Positions 19,864-28,892 of a stretch of 64,000 bases of DNA are shown here, one piece after another. The notes beneath the pieces are model-generated. The model was not told the origin of the DNA. It worked only from the letters and a program-made list of their open reading frames with translations, and made no database searches. The translations under genes and the position numbers were made by a program. The number at the start of each line of letters is the position of its first letter. Position 1 is the stretch's first letter. Source of the stretch: a virus; IMG/VR virus record IMGVR_UViG_3300028422_001962, positions 9,413-73,412 of that record. One strand, 5' to 3'.

Positions 19864-21189
19864 ATGTTTTACTGGAAAGGCAAGACTGAAAACAATCTGA
19901 CATTGACTGAAGAACTGCTTTCATGTGGCTCAATTAAATCAATTCAAATAGCCACAGCTTTTATCTCCGCCGAAGGTGTTGCAATTGTGCGTCAACTCCT
20001 GGAGAAGTATCAGCTTTCAAAGGAACGCATCTTGCTCTATTTATCCGAGCAATTCTCGTCCGACAAACCGGGGGATTTGCTTGAACAGTTATTTGAAATT
20101 AGCACTGTAAAGGTTTTGTTTGACCAGAGCTTTCACGCCAAGGTGTTCTTGCTTTCCGGAGTAGAAACCAAACTTATTTATGGCTCGTCGAATTTAACGG
20201 CGGGCGGTTTTACCCGAAACATGGAATTTGATTATATTGGAATACCCTCCAAAGAAGAATTAGAGAAAGTCCTTGAATTTTTCAGATATTGCGACAGGCT
20301 TTCAACTGCGGTCAGCAGTGAAGTGATAACTTACTATAAGGAACTGCAACCTGCACTTGATGAGTTAAATCAAACACAGTGGTTTCTAAAAAAACGTCTT
20401 ACTGGTTTTTCTAAAAAAGAAGATCCATTTCGTGAAGATGATTATGATTTGTCAGACAGCTACTTTTCTTTTGAGGACTACGAGACATTTTTTTCACGCA
20501 ACGCTCAAAGTAACGATGCCCAAATCCGCCACCGTAGATTAAGCGTTCAACAAAAAATGCTTGCTGTCCACCAAATGATATACCCTAAAATTAGAAGTCT
20601 TGGTATTGCACATCATAAACGAGAGAAAAATATCACTTCAACCGTCGAACCAAACATATATAACCACCATTCCGTGGGCTGGATTGGCGTTCGGTACGGG
20701 AAATTACCGCATGAGATTGACTGGCTTAACGCTGGACGCGAAAGTGATGACGATGCTTATGGCTTCCAAAAGCATGGTTGCTTACAATTCAGCATCAACA
20801 GTGGTGGGTTTGATATAAATCTGTTTTTAGCAGTTCGAAATGATGCGATAGACCGCATGAAACTCAGTGAGCATCAATTTAAAATGCTGTTTGAACAGCG
20901 CCCGCAGATTGAAACTGAAATGAGAAACCTTGTGGGACACGGCTTTGAATGGCGAATAGAAAATGGGGCAGAACCCTTTCGAGTTGATAACGACCCAGTC
21001 GAAAATTTCTGTGACTGGTTTAAGGTCAATGACTCGGATGGATACGAATCATATTTGATAAAATATTACGAGCCAGGCGATCCGATATTAAAAAGCAAAG
21101 AGAGCATTTCCGCTGAGGTTATTCGTGTCATGACGATGCTCCAACCACTATATGACACTATGGTATGGCGGCCGCTGAAAAAGTCGTAG
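19864..21189 (+). CDS. PLD-family (HKD) nuclease-domain protein with uncharacterised C-terminal domain
   Basis: ATAFIS, FHAKVFL, GSSNLT..GF..NME; ATG 19864 with AAGGAG. Confidence 0.8.
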   Translation: MFYWKGKTENNLTLTEELLSCGSIKSIQIATAFISAEGVAIVRQLLEKYQLSKERILLYLSEQFSSDKPGDLLEQLFEISTVKVLFDQSFHAKVFLLSGVETKLIYGSSNLTAGGFTRNMEFDYIGIPSKEELEKVLEFFRYCDRLSTAVSSEVITYYKELQPALDELNQTQWFLKKRLTGFSKKEDPFREDDYDLSDSYFSFEDYETFFSRNAQSNDAQIRHRRLSVQQKMLAVHQMIYPKIRSLGIAHHKREKNITSTVEPNIYNHHSVGWIGVRYGKLPHEIDWLNAGRESDDDAYGFQKHGCLQFSINSGGFDINLFLAVRNDAIDRMKLSEHQFKMLFEQRPQIETEMRNLVGHGFEWRIENGAEPFRVDNDPVENFCDWFKVNDSDGYESYLIKYYEPGDPILKSKESISAEVIRVMTMLQPLYDTMVWRPLKKS

Positions 21190-21342
21190 GAGAAAGAATC
21201 AAATACCAACATGCGGTAAAAGTATCAACCTATTTTTGTTGGATGGAAAACCGATGGGGTGCATTGCATGCACTCTTGTCATCTGGACTGGTGTAGTGTA
21301 TTGAATTGCATAGGAAACTGACGGACACTGCAGGTTCGGTGT

Positions 21343-21474
21343 TTGAAGATAAGGAGCAAGGTCTCACTCGAAGTGCAAGACGAAACCAATGACGGTTTCT
21401 CGCAGTAGGCTGTGCGGTCGGCGCCTGAAAACTGCCGGACGCTGCGGGTGCGTCAGAGCGGATTTGAGAAATTA
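21343..21474 (+). pseudogene. Degraded fragment resembling the C-terminus of DUF499 ATPases
   Basis: KVSLEVQDETNDGFSQ*AVRSAPENCRTLRVRQSGFEK with an in-frame stop; resemblance from memory. Confidence 0.45.
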
Positions 21475-21502
21475 AGCAATTGCAGTACAGGAGGAAAGTT
21501 CA

Positions 21503-24478
21503 ATGGAATTCAAAAAGGAAGCCATAGGCAATAACTACTTAGCTTATTTTCCCGTAGTTGATGAGTTTCCAAGTGCAGACGAAGTAGTCTGCACTTGGAA
21601 ACAAAACGTCTTTGATTATGTTGTCGAAACAGAATCGACTAAAGGTTTTCGCGCCGCGCAGTTAGGCGCAATTTTTGCGGTAAAATCCCATTGGACTATT
21701 TCCGAAGCCCCTGTAACTGTTGTTATGCCGACCGGTACAGGAAAAACAGAAACTATGTTTGCAACAATTGTGTCTGAATGCCGTAAACGCACACTTATCG
21801 TTGTTCCCAGTAATTTACTTCGCCAACAGACTGTAGAGAGATGCTTAAAGTTAGAAAGGCTGCGTGAGTTCAACGCAATAAGTGATAAATGCCTTAACCC
21901 AGTTATCGCTTGTCTCAATTCATCTCCGACGAATAAGAATGAACTAAAAAACATTATCGAGAGAAGTAATGTTATTATTTCGACAGCTTCGCTTCTAAGC
22001 GGTTTTACTGACGAATATTTTAATGTCTTGTCTGAACTCTGCGATACATTGATTGTTGACGAAGCGCATCATACTCCTGCAAAATCGTGGCATAGAACAA
22101 AGCTGAAGTTTGCTGGTAGGCTTTGCATCCAGTTTACAGCTACACCATTTCGAGATGATGGGCAAAAAATTGACGGCAAGATAATATATAACTTCCCATT
22201 GTCACTTGCCCAAAAACAAGGCTATTTCAAGCCAATTAACTTTTATCCGATTCTTGAGTTTGACTACGATAAAAAAGATTTAGCCATTGCTAATAAAGCT
22301 GTAGAAATTCTTGAAACTGATTTATCAAATGAATATCCCCATTTGCTCTTAGTTCGCGCGTCAACCAAAAAGCGAGCTGAAGAACTATATAATCTTTACT
22401 GTCAACATTTTGATAAGCACAGTCCAGTTCTTATCGTCAGTGGTCAAAAAGGAAATAAGCAGTCGATTGCCGATGCAAAAAGCGGAAAAGCAAAAATCAT
22501 TGTTTGCGTAGATATGTTTGGAGAGGGCATAGACATTCCTCAATTGAAGATTTGCGCCATTCATGACAAGTATAAATCAATTCCAATAACTATCCAGTTT
22601 ATCGGGCGTTTTGCACGCTCGCAAGGCAATCTTGGTAATGCTTCGGTCGTAGCTAATATTGCAGATGATGATATCGAAGATGCCTTGCAGGAATTGTATT
22701 CACAAGACGCGGATTGGAGCGAACTCCTAAAGAAAATTTCTGAAGATAAAATAAGCAAAGAGGAGCGGTTGCAAGAGTTAGTCAGAGACTTTACGGGAAA
22801 AGAAGAAATTCCTATTTCACAAATTCGACCCAAAGTCAGTATGTTTATGTATCATACTGACGACAAAAATTGGAATTGGGGGAACTGGGATTCAGTTTTC
22901 AATCCCGAACACAGTCATTGCTGTGTTAACCAAAAGGCTAAGATATTAATTATCACGGAACGCGATATAAGTTCTGTTGACTGGACAACCAGTAAAGACA
23001 TAGTTGACCTTACTTGGCAATTACACATTCTATACTGGAATGAAAAGAAGAAAGTCTTTTTCATCAACACTACCGACAAAGGATTAGCTGACCGTTTTGC
23101 CTCAGCAATATTTACTTCCAAGAAACGAAAAGCAGATGAAGATTTATTCAGATGCTTATCAGGTGTCAACCGACTAAAACTTGCAACCGTAGGTCTGAAG
23201 CCTAAGAACGGAGGGCATATCAGGTATCAAATGTATGCCGGTATCGATGTAGAAGCTGGACTCACTGAAGCACAAAAAGTGAATGTGAGAAAGTCAAATC
23301 TATTCGGTGTAGGGTATGAAGACGGCAAAGATATTAGTATTGGGTGTTCTTATAAAGGTACTGTTTGGGCAAAGTGGGTAGAGACATTGGATTACTGGAT
23401 TGAATGGTGTAATAAGGTGGCCGACAAAATTCTGGACAGCAGTATTAGCGTAGAGGAAATCTTAAAAGGCGCACTAATCCAAACCGTTGTCACGAGTCGA
23501 CCTGACGCAGTACCATATGGAATTGACTTCCCTATCGAATTATATTTGAGCAGCTCATATTACTTAAAAGCTGGGGTCATGGATGACTATCTGATAAACT
23601 TCGATATTGCATTAACAGTAGAAGATAACTCGTCACCACTAACCTTTTCGGTGTCAAATGGTCAAATGAGCGAGGAATTTACTCTTGAAGTGTCAGATAA
23701 ATATAGTGACGGTTTTATGGTGTCGCACAAAAGCGGGGATTTAATATTGGTAAGCGACAGGAAGAAGGAACGGTATTTATCGGAATATTTCTGCGAAAAC
23801 CCGCCTGAAATACGGTTTTGCGACCAGTCATCGCTTGATGGAAATCTATTAACGCGAGCAAAAATTCATGATACAAAATTTAGCAATGGCAACATCACTG
23901 TGCTTAACTGGGATGGGGTTGACATAAAGAAGGAATCACAATGGCAGACTGGCATAGGTGTAAAAGCAAATGATAGTATCCAATATAAAGTGATTTCTAT
24001 GCTGAAATCAACGAATAAATATGCCGTTATATTTGATGATGATGACAAGGGCGAAATCGCCGATGTTGTTGCAATAATTGAAGAGCCAACAGCAATCAGG
24101 TTTGAATTGTACCATTGCAAGTTTTCTGGCGGAGGTGAAGCAGGCTTCCGAGTTAAGGATTTGTATGAGGTTTGCGGACAAGCGGAGAAGTGTGTGAACT
24201 GGTATCCTCGCATAGACAAACTTATAGACAGGTTGATTGAGAGAGAAAGCAAACGACTGTCAAAGCCGCAAGGTACTCGCTTCGAAGTAGGTGATGGCAA
24301 GACACTTCAATCGCTCAAAAAGAAACTTAAATTTTTTAGACCTGAATTTAGTGTATACATTGTACAGCCGGGTGTTGACAGCAAAAGAATAACACAACCT
24401 ATGCACGATGTACTATGTAGTGCTTCATCTTATCTTAAAGAAACATATGCCATACAGTTGCAGCTGATTTGTTCTTGA
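21503..24478 (+). CDS. SF2 (ResIII-like) helicase fused to a C-terminal PD-(D/E)XK-like nuclease
   Basis: MPTGTGKT, DEAH, TATP, EGIDIP, QFIGRFAR; C-terminal DDDKGEIADVV..LYHCK. Confidence 0.82.
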   Translation: MEFKKEAIGNNYLAYFPVVDEFPSADEVVCTWKQNVFDYVVETESTKGFRAAQLGAIFAVKSHWTISEAPVTVVMPTGTGKTETMFATIVSECRKRTLIVVPSNLLRQQTVERCLKLERLREFNAISDKCLNPVIACLNSSPTNKNELKNIIERSNVIISTASLLSGFTDEYFNVLSELCDTLIVDEAHHTPAKSWHRTKLKFAGRLCIQFTATPFRDDGQKIDGKIIYNFPLSLAQKQGYFKPINFYPILEFDYDKKDLAIANKAVEILETDLSNEYPHLLLVRASTKKRAEELYNLYCQHFDKHSPVLIVSGQKGNKQSIADAKSGKAKIIVCVDMFGEGIDIPQLKICAIHDKYKSIPITIQFIGRFARSQGNLGNASVVANIADDDIEDALQELYSQDADWSELLKKISEDKISKEERLQELVRDFTGKEEIPISQIRPKVSMFMYHTDDKNWNWGNWDSVFNPEHSHCCVNQKAKILIITERDISSVDWTTSKDIVDLTWQLHILYWNEKKKVFFINTTDKGLADRFASAIFTSKKRKADEDLFRCLSGVNRLKLATVGLKPKNGGHIRYQMYAGIDVEAGLTEAQKVNVRKSNLFGVGYEDGKDISIGCSYKGTVWAKWVETLDYWIEWCNKVADKILDSSISVEEILKGALIQTVVTSRPDAVPYGIDFPIELYLSSSYYLKAGVMDDYLINFDIALTVEDNSSPLTFSVSNGQMSEEFTLEVSDKYSDGFMVSHKSGDLILVSDRKKERYLSEYFCENPPEIRFCDQSSLDGNLLTRAKIHDTKFSNGNITVLNWDGVDIKKESQWQTGIGVKANDSIQYKVISMLKSTNKYAVIFDDDDKGEIADVVAIIEEPTAIRFELYHCKFSGGGEAGFRVKDLYEVCGQAEKCVNWYPRIDKLIDRLIERESKRLSKPQGTRFEVGDGKTLQSLKKKLKFFRPEFSVYIVQPGVDSKRITQPMHDVLCSASSYLKETYAIQLQLICS

Positions 24479-24617
24479 TCGCTAAAATCAAAAGAACATC
24501 AGAATTTAGAAAATTCGCTGCGAAGGACAATCAGCGATAAGGGTGTCCAACTTTTAACGATTTGCATTCGGGTGGTGGATTTTATCAATATGGTAGGACA
24601 TGAACCTGTACGATATA

Positions 24618-24817
24618 ATTGACTTGTTTCCCAGAACGGATAAAAGCATAAAAGTTCAGTGGACATGTTTCCACGCACGGATAATGCCCATAAAAACCAC
24701 TATCGACATATTCCCACGAACAGAAAATCAGCAAAACACATACCAGACATCAATCTGATGCTATCGTTCCACGTTGAGACGGTCGTATTGATAACAAGGG
24801 TTAACAAGCAAGTGTAG
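24618..24817 (+). mobile_element. Element junction 1: att-like repeats plus displaced 3' tail of a rumA/rlmD-type gene
   Basis: Three (I/V)D(L/M/I)FPRT-like 21-mers, then CACATACCAGACATCAATCTGATGCTATCGTTC, then HVETVVLITRVNKQV* (24770-24817); homologous to 52082-52274. Confidence 0.8.
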
Positions 24818-24940
24818 TAAGAAGCCTGTAAACAAAGGCTTTCAAAGGTTTGAGAGTGAAAAATCGAAGTGATAAAAACGTGAAAATATCTGTTCGCGGG
24901 AACAAGTCCAAAGTCATGATTTTGAACGTGACAGAGCGAT

Positions 24941-25054
24941 TTAGATGTCGGTGCTTAGTGAGTGGTTGGGAATGGTGTGCAGCGCTACGCTGATGTCCTC
25001 GGCAAGCTGCTTTCTCTGCTTGCCTGTGATGTTGTAGGGTATTGTCATTTTCAT
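24941..25054 (-). pseudogene. Truncated N-terminus of a conserved mobile-element protein (MKMTIPYNITGKQRKQL...)
   Basis: GGAGG RBS; stops after 37 aa close to the junction. Confidence 0.45.
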
Positions 25055-25364
25055 GTAAAAATCCTCCGTTCTTTTAATCTTCTTAAAAGGCTGTCGCGTT
25101 TTGCGACTCCCTTTGCTCGATGGGCTGTACCAATGGACGCTGAACACTTCGTTCACCGTTCCGGTCAGCCCGGTTCCTTCTTTTCGGTATGTGTATATTC
25201 GCTCTGAATGCACAGAATAGCAAGTCATTTTCGAGAGATGTATCAGAAAATTAAAAGTTTTCCGCAGGACATTTTCTTATAATGTGCGAAACAGTATTGT
25301 ATTTTGAGATATTTTGTGCTATTATATAGTTTAGATTATTGTGTATTAAGGCTGGAGGCGTAAT

Positions 25365-25577
25365 ATGGCTACCTCATATAACAAGCTATGGAAACTGCTC
25401 GTAGACAAGAAAATGAGCAAGGCCGACTTGCGAAAAGCCTCCGGTGTGTCTCCTAACACGATGACAAAACTGCGCCGGGACGAGCCGGTCATGCTGAGTG
25501 TGCTGGACAAGATATGTAAAACGTTGGATGCCAATTATGGGGACATCGTTGACTATGTGCCGGATGATACTTTTTAA
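25365..25577 (+). CDS. Cro/C1-type HTH regulator
   Basis: TSYNKLWKLLVDKKMSKADLR..VLDKICKTL. Confidence 0.9.
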   Translation: MATSYNKLWKLLVDKKMSKADLRKASGVSPNTMTKLRRDEPVMLSVLDKICKTLDANYGDIVDYVPDDTF

Positions 25578-25660
25578 TGTTACTATGAGGAATGAAAATA
25601 AAACTTCTTACGTATCAAGCTTGTTCAAATATAAGAATTAATTGATGGGAGTGATAATTT

Positions 25661-26833
25661 ATGGCGCAACTTGCCGAAATCATCAAGTATGAAGGAGATA
25701 ATTCTACCTTCATATGGAAGCATCCTTGTGAGGACTTCAACACAACTACACAGTTGATTGTTCATGAGTCGCAGGAAGCGATATTCTTTATGAACGGTCA
25801 GGCGTTAGATTTGTTTGGAGCGGGTCGGTACACGCTCGAAACCGAAAATATCCCGCTCATCAAGAAGTTTCTCAACAAACCGACAGGCGACAAAACGCCG
25901 TTTCATTGCGAAGTCTATTTCATCAATAAGACCGAGCAGATGGCGATTCGCTGGGGAACCGACAGCAAGGTGCAGTATGTAGAACCTACATATAAATTCC
26001 CGCTTTCCATTGGTGCAAGCGGTGAAATGGCTCTTTCTGTTGACGATTCGCGAAAACTACTCGTCAGACTCGTTGGCACGGAGCGTGTTTTGGAACAACC
26101 AAAGCTGGTGGCTTTCTTCCGGGCTTTCCTGATGACGAAGGTAAAAACCTACATTGCACAAACAATGAAAGCCAGTGCTATCAATATATTTGAGATTGAC
26201 GAGCATCTAGAGAGCTTCTCCACGGAAATCAGGGAACGCCTGATTAAAGACTTCTCGGATTACGGTGTTGCACTGAAACGCTTCTTCGTCACCACGATTG
26301 TGAAGCCGGACGGTGACCCTACATATGAGAAGTTCAAGGATTTGCATTACAGGCAATACGCCGATGTTGCTGAAGCCCAACTTCAACAGAGAGTAGGCAT
26401 CATCGAACAGCAAACCGAAGCCCAGCGTATGGTGATTGAGGCTCAGGGAATCGCACAAAAGCGAACTACCGAAGGTTACTCCTACCAGCAAGAGCGTGGA
26501 TTCGATGTTGCTGAAAAGGTTGCCGCAAACGAAGGTGCTGGGAACTTCAGCAGTGCAGGAATCGGATTAGGCATGATGGCTGGAATCGGTGGTGCGGTCG
26601 GCGGCGCAGTAAGTGGCACCTTCAATGAAGCATTCGCTTCGATTGGAACGCCGAACGCTTCCGCTCCTAATCGGTTCTGTGACGCTTGTGGTGAGGAAAT
26701 CACCCCCGGCGCGGCATTCTGCGATAATTGCGGAACTCAGCTAAGTTTACCTGATGTGTGCAATAAATGCGGGTTCAAGTTCATCAAGCCCGGCAAATTC
26801 TGCCCTAAATGCGGCACAAAGAGGGAGGGATAA
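25661..26833 (+). CDS. SPFH/Band-7-like protein with C-terminal double zinc ribbon
   Basis: LIVHESQEAIFF..GRYTLET, Gly-rich linker, four CxxC (CDAC, CDNC, CNKC, CPKC). Confidence 0.85.
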   Translation: MAQLAEIIKYEGDNSTFIWKHPCEDFNTTTQLIVHESQEAIFFMNGQALDLFGAGRYTLETENIPLIKKFLNKPTGDKTPFHCEVYFINKTEQMAIRWGTDSKVQYVEPTYKFPLSIGASGEMALSVDDSRKLLVRLVGTERVLEQPKLVAFFRAFLMTKVKTYIAQTMKASAINIFEIDEHLESFSTEIRERLIKDFSDYGVALKRFFVTTIVKPDGDPTYEKFKDLHYRQYADVAEAQLQQRVGIIEQQTEAQRMVIEAQGIAQKRTTEGYSYQQERGFDVAEKVAANEGAGNFSSAGIGLGMMAGIGGAVGGAVSGTFNEAFASIGTPNASAPNRFCDACGEEITPGAAFCDNCGTQLSLPDVCNKCGFKFIKPGKFCPKCGTKREG

Positions 26834-26836
26834 AGA

Positions 26837-27511
26837 ATGTCGAAGAATAAAAAGTTAGGGTACATAGTATTAGCCATATCGTTTGTCCTTTTCAATGTTA
26901 TCGCGTTCGCAGTTCCGACAGACAAGACTTCCGCATTTTGGATCGCGTATGCCTTTACAGTAATCGCTTTTTCGGCACAGATATTTATATGGAATCTGGC
27001 ATTCAGCAAGGCTGGAACACTCAAAAGTAAATTCTTAGGGTTACCAATAATCCATGTTGGTATTGTTTATCTGATAATCCAGCTAGTCGCATTCGGTGTA
27101 TTCTTAGCTCTTCCGTGGATTGCAAACTGGATTTCGATAATCAGTTGTGCCGTTATTCTCGGAGGTTCTGGAATTTGCTTGATAACTTCAGAGGTTGGGA
27201 GAGAAGAAATTGCACGGGTAGAAGAAAAGGTTCAGCGCAAGATTTCAGCAATCAAGGGCTTGCAAGCTGATGTTGAATTGATTGCCGAGACGCAATCAGA
27301 TGCCGCCGCAAAAGAGGCTCTCGAAGCCCTCGCGGATAAACTTAAATACAGTGATCCGATGAGCGACGATTCACTGGTTCCTATTGAAGATAATATTAGC
27401 GCAAAAATAACCTCTCTGAAAACTCAGCCAACAGCCGACATTTTGAACTCGGTTAAGCAAATAGAAATGTTGCTGTTGGAACGAAATAATAAATCAAAGC
27501 TATTGAAATAG
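26837..27511 (+). CDS. Membrane protein (about 4 TM) with soluble helical C-terminus
   Basis: Four hydrophobic stretches in the first ~120 aa; LKYSDPMS. Confidence 0.8.
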   Translation: MSKNKKLGYIVLAISFVLFNVIAFAVPTDKTSAFWIAYAFTVIAFSAQIFIWNLAFSKAGTLKSKFLGLPIIHVGIVYLIIQLVAFGVFLALPWIANWISIISCAVILGGSGICLITSEVGREEIARVEEKVQRKISAIKGLQADVELIAETQSDAAAKEALEALADKLKYSDPMSDDSLVPIEDNISAKITSLKTQPTADILNSVKQIEMLLLERNNKSKLLK

Positions 27512-27523
27512 GAGGGAATAACT

Positions 27524-28816
27524 ATGGCGGCACTTGTTTGCGATATTTGTGGAGGCAAATTGACAATGGGTTCCGGCGGCATCGCGGTTTGCGATAGCTG
27601 TGGGATGGAGCACACTAAAGAACGTATGCAGGAGAAAGTTCAAGAGATAAAAGGTACTGTCCGTATAGATAACTCTCATATGACTGACAGCTGGATGAAA
27701 ATGGGTCATGCTGCGGCATCTGCGGGCAACCATAAAGAAGCATATGAATATTTCACTAAGGTAATAGAAGTTGATTCGGAAAATTGGCGTGCTATATATG
27801 AGAAAGGTAAAGCGGGTGCTTGGCAGTCTACGCTCGGCAACTTGCGAACCTCTGAAATTTACCAAGGCATTACATTGGCTCTTGAAATTATAAATCGCTC
27901 CAATTTGACAGAAGCCGAAGTTGTTGACTTAAAGAATGAGTTTGCCGTTGCTCTATTTAATATTAACAACGCCATTACAGATTTAATGGAACAAAATCTA
28001 TCCGAGTTAAATGATAAATATTTTGATTCGCATTGGGATCAAATGTGGAATACAAGACAGCGTTACCTCACAAATGTAGAGCAGTTGGAAGATGCATTAA
28101 GTTTGATTAGTGACTTAGAAGATGATTTGTCAAAAGGGAATGTTATCGAATTTAAGAAGAGAATGTGTGCAGACTTAAAAAACGCCTGCGAATCAATTCA
28201 ATATTGGACGGATTACTCAGAATCGTCGTTAGGCTACTTGGGCTTCTCAGCATCCGAAAAACAAATATATTTGGATAAATTTTGGAGTCTGGCAGATGAT
28301 ATTCGGTTAGTTGAGCCAGATTATGCCACAACGAAATACAGTCAACCGGATCCGTTTAATGCGGGATATGAATCTAACCGTGCGGATAGAATTATGCAAT
28401 ATTGGCAGAAGCAAGATGATGAAAGGCGATTGAAGAAAAAGAGAGAAGCACAAGAAAAACGATTCACAGAATACTGGAATGCACACCCAGAAGAAAAGGC
28501 AATGCTTGAAGCTGAAGCTCAAAGCCTTACCCAACAGATAGTCGTACTTAACACGGAAATCAACAACGTTCCCGGGAAAGCGGAAATTACGAATATACAG
28601 GGCAGAATAAGCAAACTAAAGACCGACAAGGACGCTCTGAGTATCTTCAAAGGCAAAGAGAAGAAAGCTATTCAGGAGCAAATCGATGCTGCTACTTCGG
28701 AACTTAATGGTGTGCAGTCACGCCGCAATGCCGCTATCGAGGATATAAATCGGAAAATTGCTCCTTTGGAAAAGCGCAAAGTGGCAATTGCGGAAGAGTT
28801 TACCAAAGATAGATGA
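27524..28816 (+). CDS. Zinc-ribbon + TPR + coiled-coil protein
   Basis: CDICGG..CDSCG; TPR-like AYEYFTKVIEVDSENWRAIYEKG; C-terminal coiled coil. Confidence 0.75.
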   Translation: MAALVCDICGGKLTMGSGGIAVCDSCGMEHTKERMQEKVQEIKGTVRIDNSHMTDSWMKMGHAAASAGNHKEAYEYFTKVIEVDSENWRAIYEKGKAGAWQSTLGNLRTSEIYQGITLALEIINRSNLTEAEVVDLKNEFAVALFNINNAITDLMEQNLSELNDKYFDSHWDQMWNTRQRYLTNVEQLEDALSLISDLEDDLSKGNVIEFKKRMCADLKNACESIQYWTDYSESSLGYLGFSASEKQIYLDKFWSLADDIRLVEPDYATTKYSQPDPFNAGYESNRADRIMQYWQKQDDERRLKKKREAQEKRFTEYWNAHPEEKAMLEAEAQSLTQQIVVLNTEINNVPGKAEITNIQGRISKLKTDKDALSIFKGKEKKAIQEQIDAATSELNGVQSRRNAAIEDINRKIAPLEKRKVAIAEEFTKDR

Positions 28817-28892
28817 ATATGAGACAGCGTGTATAGATTTATATAAAAACGTACTCCGCGCTGTACTGATTTTTTTGAAAGGAGAGGTGTTT

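Noticed and set aside
8713-24478. Calling the SNF2/PLD/helicase set DISARM or BREX
   Set aside because: No DrmB (DUF1998) or PglZ recognised; the methyltransferase is paired with a type III Res.
24618-24725. Att-like triplet as a mini-CRISPR or a coding repeat
   Set aside because: Repeats are degenerate, the intervening sequences are partly homologous between the two junctions, and 41/43-nt spacing breaks the frame.
1-24769. Calling element 1 a complete prophage
   Set aside because: No virion, terminase or integrase genes for it are inside the window.
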